Shown here piece by piece: positions 1 through 10,760 of a DNA stretch of 64,000 nt. The stretch is from the human T2T-CHM13v2.0 reference genome, Homo sapiens. The notes beneath the pieces are model-generated. The model searched no databases. It saw only the letters and a program-made list of their open reading frames with translations, and was not told the DNA's origin. The translations under genes were made by a program, and so were the position numbers. Every line of letters starts with the position of its first letter. Position 1 is the stretch's first letter. The DNA lies in assembly GCF_009914755.1 (NCBI RefSeq), contig NC_060933.1; one strand, 5' to 3'.

Positions 1-851
1 TCTCAGCCTCCCCCTCCCCATCTGTGAAATGACACCCCTGCTGGGGTTGCTGGGGGCTGAAGGGGTTGGGCTGCAGTCCTTAGGGGTACCCAGGGGCAGT
101 GGCCAGCCCTGGTGTGGTCGGGACCCACAGGGAGGCCCCGACTGGGCCAGTCCAGGGATGCCCAAGGCCTTCGCACCCGAAGCCTGCTCCTTACTCTGGG
201 CAGAGGCGGCTGCTTCTCCCCAGCCCGCCCCCAGGCCCCTGCTGCCCGAGGCTTCCGCCCACCTCCTCGGCCAAATCTGAGCTGATTTCCGCTCCAGGCA
301 GGAAGCAGAGGAAAAGGATGTGGGTGAGGGGAGGGGGTACATTCCTGGGATGGTCCCTCCCCGGGCTTCTCCTCCTCTCCCACCTCTGGGACCCCCTGCC
401 CTCCCTGCTCCACCTGACAGAGCACCCTCGGACCCTCAGGGTGGGCAGCAGTGGCCGCCTGGGCCTCAGCCTCCTCCCAGACAGGGGCAGCAGCAGCTAC
501 GTCCAGGCAGCTGTGAGGACGGAGACGTTGGCGTCCACGTGTGCAGAGCCCTGGCCATGGCCGGCTGCCCAGGTGCCTCTAGTGGGGGCTGTGGCTGCTG
601 CTCTCCCGTGGGAATCACGCAGCCCTGACGGGGGTGATGGAGAGACCTCGTGGGTCCCACCAGGCTCGGGGTCCCAGCATCCTGACCATCTGGAAACCCT
701 GTCTTCCCCCGACAGCGGCTCGGGCTGGGACCCCGCCTTGGTGTTCCCAGCGCTTGCTGGCACAAAGGGGCCCACGAGGGGTTTGTGGGGCGAGCATGAA
801 ACATGTGAGCCAGTCCACGGCCATGGGCCCAGCAGTCGGGCACTTTCCATG

Positions 852-857
852 TTTATT
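852..857 (-). terminator. EXD3: Canonical polyadenylation signal AATAAA of EXD3
   Basis: TTTATT at 852-857 reads AATAAA on the minus strand, 12 nt after the TGA stop (870-872). Confidence 0.85.
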
Positions 858-869
858 GTCTGGCTGTCC

Positions 870-1183
870 TCAGAAGGGACTGCTGGCCGGGCTGGGGGCT
901 GGGCTCGGCTCGCAGGGGCTGGGGGCGCTCTCCAGCATGTCTCGGAAGTGGGTGGCAACACGACCCAGGTGGGAGCCGTCCCAGAAGACCTTTCCACAGC
1001 CCGTGCAGCAGTAGAAGCACCGCAGCCCAGGTGTCCTCAGCACACCCACCGGGACCCCTGCCAGCTGCAGCCGGGTGCCGTCGGCCAGCATGTCCGGTGT
1101 CTCCGCCCGCAGGTCAGCCATCTGCAGCCAGCGGCAGGGGCGGTCATAGGTGCAGCCCTCAGGGGCTGCGTCTGGGGCTGGGC
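870..1183 (-). CDS. EXD3: EXD3 last coding exon: Mut7-C C-terminus with Zn-ribbon CxxC (FYCCTGCGKVFWDGSH)
   Basis: Acceptor tctgtccag|GC (phase 1). Reads GPAPDAAPEGCTYDRPCRWLQMADL...SPASSPF*. Carries the Mut7-C signature CxxCGKxxWxGSH. Confidence 0.95.
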
Positions 1184-1527
1184 CTGGACAGATAGAAGTG
1201 GACTCCCTGAGCCCTCAGCCTTCGGGCACGGCCCCCAGGCTGCTCCCAGAGTGGTGCAGTTGGCGGCCCACGCTGAGCCCACGCTCACTCCTCAGCAGCT
1301 CCTCTTTCTGCTCCCTATCCGCTGACTCTGCGTCCTCCACTTCCTCTTCTGTGCCCACTTCTCCTATCCAGGGACCCCACCCCTCACCTTGCAGGCCCTA
1401 GGGCCTACAGGAGCCCCACAGAGCCCCCTCTGCCCGGCCGGGACCCAAGTCCCCCATTCTGGGGGAAGCCTGGCACCAGGGCCGCAGAGAAGCAGCTGTG
1501 TCCTTGGTGGGCGGTCCCGGGGCTCAC

Positions 1528-1566
1528 CTGGCTCCTGCACCGCCTGGCTCTGGGTGGCCTCGTCAC
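1528..1566 (-). CDS. EXD3: EXD3 39-nt exon (GDEATQSQAVQEPG)
   Basis: acag|GT...CAG|gtgag; phase 1-1, joins both neighbours in frame. Confidence 0.9.
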
Positions 1567-2551
1567 CTGTCAGTCAAGGAAGAGAGCTGGTCCGGGACTG
1601 TCCTAGGGATGGGGCTTGGCAGCCAGCGGGGTCCATGACGCAGCCATGCGGCTGAGCACAGCCACCTCATGGGGTGCAGCCTCTTCACACACCCCCCAGC
1701 CTTCGCAGACGGGCAGAGGGCAGGGGGCCAAGGAGCTGTGGTACCGGCCTGGTCCCCTCCCTTGGGAACTCACACCTCGGAAAGGTCTTGGGGCTCAAAG
1801 GTCCCTGGGAAACATGTTCTAGGCGCGAGATCTGCTGATTAGGGCTCTTGGGGGCCTGAGAACCGGCGGGCGGGGGCGGGGGCAGCCCATTTGTGGTGAT
1901 GAGCAGATAAGCCCACTGCCAGTGAGTGAATTTCGAAATCAGCCAGCACAAGGGTGGGCGGGTGGGCAGGGCCCAGGGACTGCCAGGCTCAGGGTCTGTT
2001 GGAGACCCTGGGAAGTGGCTCGTGCTGGCCCTGTGAGGCCCCGAGCCCCCATTGAGAGCCCAGGGCAGGCAGGGCCGGTATCCACTCAGGGGTCACTGTG
2101 GGGCTGAGTGCACGGTAGCCGAGGGAACACTGGCCAGCAGGTGGGAGAAGCGTCTGCCCTGCTCCTGTTGACCCTCGTAATTTGCTCAGCAAGCATTTCG
2201 CTACAGATGGCTCCAGATCAGCTGCGGCCGGGGATGAATGCACCACGCCCCCACCCCAGCCCCAGCTCCTCCTTGAAGCCCAGGAGGCCATGACCCTCAT
2301 CTGGCCCCTCCCTGGCTGGCCCCAGCTCTTACCCTGCAGTCCCTGTCACACTCGTCAGCCCATCTGGGTGTTGCCCACTACCCTCGGGTGGGGTGTGTGC
2401 CGTCATGTCCTGGGGCTCTGGTCTGAGTGTGTCTTTGCGAGCGGGGGACCTGAGGTTGGAGGCCACCTCCAGCCTCGCTCTCCGGGGTGTGCTCTGCTGG
2501 CCACCCTGGGTGATGGTCGCTCCCCGTCCTCCCACCCTGAACTTGGACTGA

Positions 2552-2946
<395 letters not shown>

Positions 2947-3526
2947 TCACTCCCTCCCTGGGGCGCCTCCCTCCCGAGGGTAGGGGCCAGCAGTTCTAAT
3001 GGCGGCGGGGCGGGGGCCATACTTCCAGCCCCCGTGCAGATCTAAAACTGCAAAGTCCTTGGGCGGCCTGCACCCTCCACAGGAGGAGAAAGAAGCCCTC
3101 TTTCTAGTTTCCCAGGCAGGGAAACAGGCTGGGGCCTTCCCTGGGGGGGTGGACATCTGGGGTCAGCTAGTGCTGTGTGCAGGTGTAGGTGCACGTGTGT
3201 GTGTGTCTGTGTGCACCGCATGCCTGGGCCCAGCAGAGAGAAGGAGGTGCACACCACTCCAGAGGGTCGCCAAGGGCCCTGGTGTCCTGATCTTCTGGTC
3301 TGCTACCACACAGAAGGGAGCAGAGGCCATCTGGGTACCTGACCCTGGCTGTGGTTTTTCCACCTGTTGTCACCTGGCTGTGGTTTTTCCACCTGTCGTC
3401 ACCTGGCTGCCACCCTTATCTGAGGAAGCTCAGTGCTGGACGGGCCAGGCCCCTCTCCCTGGCTACCTCAGTAGGTCGACCCATCCCAGGCCCCCCAGAC
3501 CCAGTGCCTGACCCTGACACACTCAC

Positions 3527-3620
3527 CTGAGCTCCTGGGCCCCTCCTGGTGACTGCTGAGCCACATGAGCTGCTTCATCATGTCCCTGGAGACCTTTAGG
3601 TACTGGTCACAGTTACAGGC
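3527..3620 (-). CDS. EXD3: EXD3 exon (ACNCDQYLKVSRDMMKQLMWLSSHQEGPRSSG)
   Basis: cccag|GCC...TCAG|gtgagt; 94 nt. Completes the SRCQ|ACN CxxC motif of Mut7-C. Confidence 0.93.
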
Positions 3621-4165
3621 CTGGGGGCCAGAGGGGGTGCTGAGGCCCAGGCGGGGCTTCTCCGGGTGCCCCATACCCCAGCCCTCTGCTCGCTCCTCGA
3701 AGCTCTGGGTCTGGCCATGGGGTTTCACAGAGACAGATAATGGGTCCCCTCCTGTCCCCACGCATAGTCCTGTGGGGTTCAGGCCATACCGCCTCCTGGA
3801 AGCCCTCCCTGACTGTGCTGGCTTCTCGTGGGCCCTGGGAAGCCTCTTCTGTTTTTTGAGAACTTGTGGGACTCTCTGCCCAGCTGCCCTCTCCAATCCC
3901 AGAGCCCTCGAGGGCAGAACCAGGTCTGGGTCCCCCGTGGGCCACCTCAGCTGGCGTGTTGGACACAGGGCCCAGCCTTAAGGGGTCAGCGTGGGCAGCC
4001 CCATAGTTGCCCCAACCCCTGACCTGTCCATTTCCACATCCACATTTCCCTGATACCTGCGCCTCCCACTGCCCTGGGGCAGGTGTGGCCCTGAAAGTGG
4101 CGAGGGGGCTGGAGCAACACCACTGTGTGCCTTGTCCAGGGCACAAAACGGGCCCCCATGGCTGC

Positions 4166-4444
4166 ATTATTATTATTATTTTTGAGATGCGGTCTCATTG
4201 TCACCCAGGCTGGAATGTAGTGGCGCAATCACAGCTCACTGCAGCCTGAAGCCCCGGGGCTCAAATGAGCCTCCCACATCAGCCTCCTGAGTAGTACACC
4301 ACCACACTCAGCTAATTTTTGTATTTTTCGTAGAGATGAGGTCTCACGATATTGCCCAGGCTGGTCTTGAACTCCTGGGCTCAAGTGATCTTTCCATCTG
4401 GGTTTCCCAAAGTGCTGGGACTCCAGGTGTGTGCCACGCCCAGC
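4166..4444 (-). mobile_element. Old Alu (AluJ-like)
   Basis: (ATT)n tail, then diverged reverse Alu ending gccacgcccagcc. Confidence 0.85.
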
Positions 4445-5479
4445 CCCTCTGGGTGGTTTCTGAGTATGACCAACCTGCCAGGCTTACTGCGATGCTGGGG
4501 GTGGGGGCAGGGAGGCCGGGAGGCTAGGACCAGCTTACACCCGAGTCCTGACTTGGAGCGGGGTGCACGGCCTTCCCAGTGGTCACTTCCTGGACAAAGA
4601 GACGGGTCAGATACCCAGGACTCCCCTGGCAATGCCAGGAGGGGGCTGGGTGCCCACTGAGAGCCAGGTCCCAGGCAGGCACCTGCAGGTCCTGTGGAGG
4701 TGTGGCCTTCCCGTCACAGCCCTTCTGATGTCAGAGTACCCTGGGGAGGAGGTGGGGCTTCCAGGCCATCTGTGCAGGGGAGCAGGGAAGAGGAGGCCGA
4801 GATCCATGGTCACATGGCTATTCCAGGACCCCTCCCCATGCAGGGGCTTTGGGTTGAGCCCCAGATGACATGGCTGCCGCAGGCAGGTGGCCTCGAGGCC
4901 CCTGGAGCCTCCGGGTGTGGCCATGTTGGGGGCACCGGCCCTGCCCCACACGCTGTCTTCCCCTGAGCCTTTCGAAACTAAGAGGCTGCACTACCTGCCT
5001 CCAGCATTGCAGCCCCCACCAGTTCAGGGCCCTGGGGCTGGAGGTGTTGGACAGGTGGGGCTCTTCTACTAGGACGCCAGGCTGGGCTAGGGAGACAGGA
5101 CCCTCCCTTCCTCTTCCGCTAGCTCCCATCTCTCCCACCAGGAAGCTCCTTGTGCCATGATGGCAGGTCCTGTGACCTGGCCTCTGGGCCCAGCCCAGAT
5201 CTGGGTCCAGCAGGCTTCCTGGGCAGGTGTGTGGGTGGAGAGCCCTGGCTGCAGGTCTGGCTGGGAAGGGCTGAGAACAAGCAGGTGGTCCACCCTCCAC
5301 AGAGCCCCACTCTCCACTGTGCAGGCCACCTGTAGGGACAGTGCCAGTGGGTGTAGGAGAGGTGGCGAGGCTGCAGCAGTGCGGGATGGGCTCCCCACAC
5401 CCCCAAATACTCCACATGGGGTCCGGGGCCTTCCCAGGACCTGGGCCAGGTGCGCACGCCTGGGCGGGGCCAGCCAGCT

Positions 5480-6310
5480 CGTGCTGAGTCACCGGGTGCC
5501 GTCAGTGAGGGCCTGGCCCCACCCTCGGGAACCACCGGTGCTGGTTTTCCCACGGCTGCTGCCCGCTGTGGGCCTTGCTGTCACCCACAAGGCCCTGGGA
5601 GGCCCTGCCCCGGCCAGGGCTGGGAAAGCCGGTTCTGGGCCCACTGGCTGTGCCCGCCCTTGGACCTGGGCTCCCCAGCCACAGGGGGGCCTGGCAGCGA
5701 GGGCCTCCCTGTCCATCTGTCCACTCCAGGGCTGGCAGCCCTTGCTGGACCGACTGCCCTGGGCGGGTGGCTGCCACGGGCTGAGGGAGTGAGTGGTGCT
5801 GGTGGCCCAGCGCACGTCTTGCCTTTGGACAGCGATCGTCCACCTGAGACCACCTGCCTGATACCCTGAGACCCGCCCCCCAGCACTCGGGGGCTGAGAG
5901 CCCCTGCCCTCCCATTTTGAAGAAAAGGGGCTTCTGAGGACTTGCTGAGTCACAGGGCACTCGGCGGGCCAGGACTCCATGCCAGGGTTCTCACGCCGCC
6001 TCCTTCCATCAGTGTGGGACGCACAGACACCCACTCCAGGGTGCCGTCGGGTCTGGGCAGAGACAAGTGGGGCCTGACGGGGACCCTGAGCAGAGGTCAA
6101 GGCTGTGGGTCCAGAGCAGCACAGCGGGGTGCCTGGGCACCTCCACCCCACCCCCTCCAGTCTGAGAGCCCGAGGGCAGGCAGCCACCACCCCCAGAGCC
6201 TGACTGGGAGGGCGGGGTGGGAGGGCCCAGGTGAATGGGGGGCAGGAATGGCTGGGAAGGCTCCCAGCTACCTGCCCAGGATCCCCCGTGTGCCTGGTTC
6301 CCACGCTCCT
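5480..6310. promoter_or_regulatory. Putative enhancer: two TGCTGAGTCAC (NRF2/BACH/AP-1) and three RBPJ sites
   Basis: TGCTGAGTCAC at 5482-5492 and 5943-5953; TTCCCACG at 5547-5554 and 6298-6305; TTCTCACG at 5988-5995. Confidence 0.55.
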
Positions 6311-9300
6311 CAGCCACTGGGTGCCAACAGCGCCGTGCCAGCCCTGACACAGGGCACTTCCGCCCGGGACTGTGCGGGCTGGGCCACGAGCCCGTGGGCG
6401 TGTGGCTGCCTCCTGGGGGCCGGGCCACCAGCCAGGCTGTCCTGGGGATGTTGGGGCCCATGGACCCACAGCCAAGTGGGTCTGAGTGGACGCCCACCCT
6501 CCAGGGCCCTCTCCTCTCCAGGCCCAAGGAGGAGTGAGGGAAAGAGCTGCTCAGCCACTGCCCCAGAGCTGGCCATCTGGGGAGGCGCACTCAGGACCAA
6601 GGCAGAGGCCAAGATGTGTTAGGGTGGGGTGAGCAGCTAGGAGGGCTCGAGGGGTCTGTTCCCAGGGTGTCTGGGGGCTCTGAGCATCAAAGCTGGGAGC
6701 CACACCCACGAGTAGGCCCAATTCCCACCCCCACCACCAAGGGAGCGACCACAGCTGAAGGGGCCAGCGCTGGGCTGCAGAATGTGCCTCCAGCAGTGTC
6801 TGTGTGCCCACCTGACCTGACCTGGTGCCCACCTGACCTGGTGCCCACTTGGGTGTAGGGGTCACACCCACTGCCCCAGGCTGCAGGCCTGCAGGTGTGC
6901 CAGCCTATGCATCCCAAGCAATAGGTGGCTGGTGCACAGGAGTGGTGAGGGAGGACTGGACGCTCCCAGGCAGACAGGACTGGGCAGCTGCACATAGCCC
7001 CTGCACACAACACCCTTGGACCCCACCCACCCCTGAGGCCTTGGGTCTCGACAAGTCGGAGGCTTGAGGGAAAGAGGAGGGCGAGACACGAGCCCTGGGA
7101 CCTGCCAGGGCCACAGCATGTGGGGAACCCGTGTCCTGGGGTGTAGGGCAGCAGGCAGTGGCCTGTTGGGTTGGGAGCCTGGGAAGGGAGCTCTGCTCCT
7201 CCAAGAGACTGGGCCAGGTGTCTGCTGGGCCTGGGCAGAGGTGACCTGAGCATCCCTCCTGCCTGCCGGCCACCCTGGGGACTCCCACAGCCCCTGCTCT
7301 CCTAGCCCAGTGGAGCTCAGGTCCCACCACCAGGCTGGGAATGAGCCCAGGTCCCTCGGGTGATCTGGCCTGAGGGGTTTCTGCTCTGTGCCCAAGCCCA
7401 GCTAGACATGACCCCCTGAGAAGGTGGGGTGGGAGTGTGAGGGTGGCAGGGGCCTCTTTGGGGCCTCCTGCTTCTGAGCAAAGAGCAAGCTTGTTGCAAC
7501 CTCAGCCCAGGCCTGTCTCCTGCACTCCTCCCTCTGGGCCCCATGGGGGGTGTGGCAGGTGGGGTCCGTCGGGCTGGGGCCCTGGCCTGGGTGGAACTCC
7601 TGCAGGAGTTGCCAACCTGGGATTTCCAACCCTGCAGGCAGGTCCAGGAGGAGTCAAGGCCTGAGGCCACCAGGCAGGGCGATGGGGCTGTAGGAGCACA
7701 CTCTGGAGCAACAGGACATTTCTGCTCATTTAGAGCAAACTGGGAAAACGGCAAAGCATGAAAGAGCAAAGATAAAATCTCACTCCGTCCCACCACCCAC
7801 CACACGAAAGGGTGCCCAGCACCTTCCCTGGACAGGCCTCTGCACGGCTAGGACTGTGTGCGGAGATCCTCACATCGGGAAGAGGGATGCTGGCGGGGGT
7901 CGCCAGTGTGCCGTCCCAGGATGGACATTGCACATTTGGTCCCTGGCAAGCCCCTGGGTGGGTCCTGAGGCCCCCAGGCTGCCCTGTGCACTCTGACCTC
8001 CCCTAGAGCCGCCCAACCGATGGTGGGGACTGGGGTGTGGGCCTGACACCTTGCTGGACAGGGCGAGCCAGCGGCCCAGGAAGAAGCAATCAGGCACCAA
8101 CCTGCCCGCCGAGGCCTGGGTCTGGCCCACACCTCACCTTCCCACGCTGTCCCCAGAGTGCCTTGCAGCCCTGGGCTGCCCGCCCCAAAGGTGACCCGAC
8201 ACTGTCCCCTGCTGTGGCACTGTGAGCCTCTTCAGAGAGAAGGGAGTTGCGAGTTTGCCAAAAGAACCTGGCCAGGCCCGGCACTGACTTTCCACTGGAG
8301 ACAGTGCTGGGGTGGGCGGAAGGCCGAGCCCCAGGCCCCTGGGGAGGTGTGTGCAGCTGGGGATAGCGGCCGTCTTTTGGGAAGCTTTTAAAACCCAGTC
8401 TATCCCCGTGGAGCAAGCTGGTAGCCACCCGCTCAGTGACCCCCGCCCTAAGGCCCCGGGAACGTCTGGAGCCTGTGACTGAGGGTGGCAGCCCTGGAGA
8501 GGCCTCGCCCCTGCCCCCTTGCCCCCTGTCCCCCCGCCCCCAGGGCCCCGGAAGGGCAGTTCCCACGAACCCCAGCCCCTCCCCCACCCAGCCGCTGCCC
8601 CGTCCCCTTTGTGTGGCCAGGACAATGTCTCCACAGACAGTGTGGGGGATGGGCCTCGGGCAGCGTCGGCGGCGAGAAGGTCCCTGGGGGTCGGGACAAC
8701 TGGGCCCACAGCCCTCACCCCAGAGCCCCCAAAAGCCAGGGCCCTGAGTGTGGGAGAGGAGTGAAAGGGCACGTGAGTCTCCGGAGGCCGGGTCTGGGCA
8801 CACGTGCGCAACAGCCAGCCCCTCGTGCGCGGGGAGACGTCTCTCAGAAGCACCAGGGACACGGGCGTCTGCATGTGGGTGGGTGTCAGGGTGTGAGCCA
8901 GGAAGCGTGTTACTGCCTCACGGTGTGGACACAAGGACATGTGGCCGCCCGTGTCAGGGTCTCCACTTCCTGCAGCTCCCTTGGAATGTGCCCCCTGGAG
9001 CCACCAGCCCTGCCTGGCCCACCAGGCTGCCCCCAAGGCTTGCTTAGCAGGGTGGGGGCTAGCGCCTGGCAGTGGGTCACCATGCGACACCTTGCCCTCC
9101 TTGGCCCAGCACCCCTCTGCACAGGTCACCCCAGACCAAGTTCCCGTGAGGGGCCTCAGCCTTTCCCTGGGCACCCCCCGACCGGGCTTTCGGGCCTGGG
9201 CCCTGATGAAGGCAGGCCACCCCACCCTGTGCCCTCAGACCTTGGTGTCCAGGCCTGGGGCTTGGCTGCCTTTGCCCACCTCCTCCCAGCCTGCACCCCC

Positions 9301-9699
9301 ACCGCCACCGCCGGAGAGACCACGCGTGTGGGCCTGACCCGCTGGCAGCTCTGAAGCCTGTGGCCCCAGCCCCGGGTGTCTGGCACCCCTCTGGGTGTGG
9401 CCCCTGTTGCAGCAGACTTGGGGGCCCCCGGCTGACCCGGTCCAGGAGGGCTGGGGGTGAGCCACAGGGCCTGGGCAGGAGGCCGAGGCCCCGGCACCGG
9501 GTCTCCCACTCACATGGGATGGTCAGCCCCCACCCCGGGGGAGGGGGCAGCAGGACACAAAGCCCCGTAGTGTGAATTTCAGATAAAGTGCAGGATACTT
9601 TTTTATATGAAAAAATGACCGTTTTCTGAGATTCTTGTTAGCAAGCGCCTGTGTTTGTCAGATCCCCGGCCTGCCCTGGGCGGGCAGGAGGAATAAAAA

Positions 9700-10760
9700 C
9701 AGGGTCAGGAGCCCCAGACCCCACTCCCCGCCCAGACCCGGGCCGCTCCCACCTGCCTTGGGTCAAACCAAACAGAAGCCGGGCCACACAGGGTCCCAAC
9801 ACGGTGCCCTGGGCCTCGGGCTCCCTCCGGGGGCTCCGGGGCGCCCCCACACCGTCCCCATCCCAGGGGATGGCAGCTCCCCCCTCCCCCTCGCTGTGGC
9901 CCCCTCCCGTCTCTGAGCCTCCCAAGGGAAGTCCCCCTTCTCCCCCTCCCCGGGGCTCCAGAGCTTCCCCTCCCCCCTCGCCCCCCAGCTCTCGTTCCCT
10001 CCCCCGGCCCCCCCAGCCTCGGCGGGGCGCGGCGCGCTGGCTTTCCCAGACGGGGGAGGGGCGGCGGCCGTGAGAACCCGCCGGGCCGGGCCGCGTGGGA
10101 AAGTGGGAGGAGGGGCGGCGGAGGGCGGGGCGCGCCTGGGAACGGCCCCCGCCCCCGCGGCCGGCCTTGGAAACGGCCACTCAGGGCGCCCGGCGGAGAT
10201 TCAAAAGCTAACGGCCGCCCGCCCGCGGCCTTCGCGCGCCGGCCTGGGGGACCCCGCCTGCCCGTCCAGGGTCGCAGGGGTGTGTGCAGGGGGCCGAGAC
10301 ACCCTCCTTCCCAGGGGCCGCGGGGTCGCTGGGGGACTCGGCCCCCCGCCCGCAGAGGGGGGTAGCCCGCGCGCCCCGGGCGTGCCCATTCCAACCAATG
10401 GGGCCGGTCCCGGCAGCAGGTGGCAGGCCCTGAACCCGCCCCAAGCGGCCCTGGGCCGACCCTCGCAGCTCCCAGTGCCCGGGAGGCAGGGCCCCAGTAC
10501 TCCCTCCAGGAGCGGTGATGGTCCCGCCATCGACTGGGGGACTTCCTGGAGGAAGCGACGTCTAAGCTGGGGCCTGGCAGGCCAGGGGGAGACGGAGGCT
10601 GCTCCGGGCTGCAGGGGCTGGGGGACAACAGAGTGGGGCGAGGGCCCCGGGCTGGGCAGGGTAGAGCCGCTGGGGGCTGAGTCTAAGAGGAGGCCGCGGT
10701 GGGAGCCGCGTGGGCTGCTGGAGCCTGGGAGCCCCGCCCCGCACAGGGGCCTAGGTGTGA
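9700..10760. promoter_or_regulatory. Intronic CpG island / enhancer-promoter with RBPJ sites, GC boxes and a CCAAT box
   Basis: Dense CpG and GGGGCGG boxes at ~10020-10400; CGTGAGAA 10069-10076; CGTGGGAA 10094-10101; CCAAT 10395-10399. Confidence 0.75.

Noticed and set aside
1-830. NRARP coding sequence
   Set aside because: No ankyrin-repeat ORF is visible; the gene is only inferred to lie outside the window.
10042-10101. Paired Notch dimer site in the CpG island
   Set aside because: The sites are in direct or tail-to-tail orientation, not head to head with a 15-17-bp spacer.
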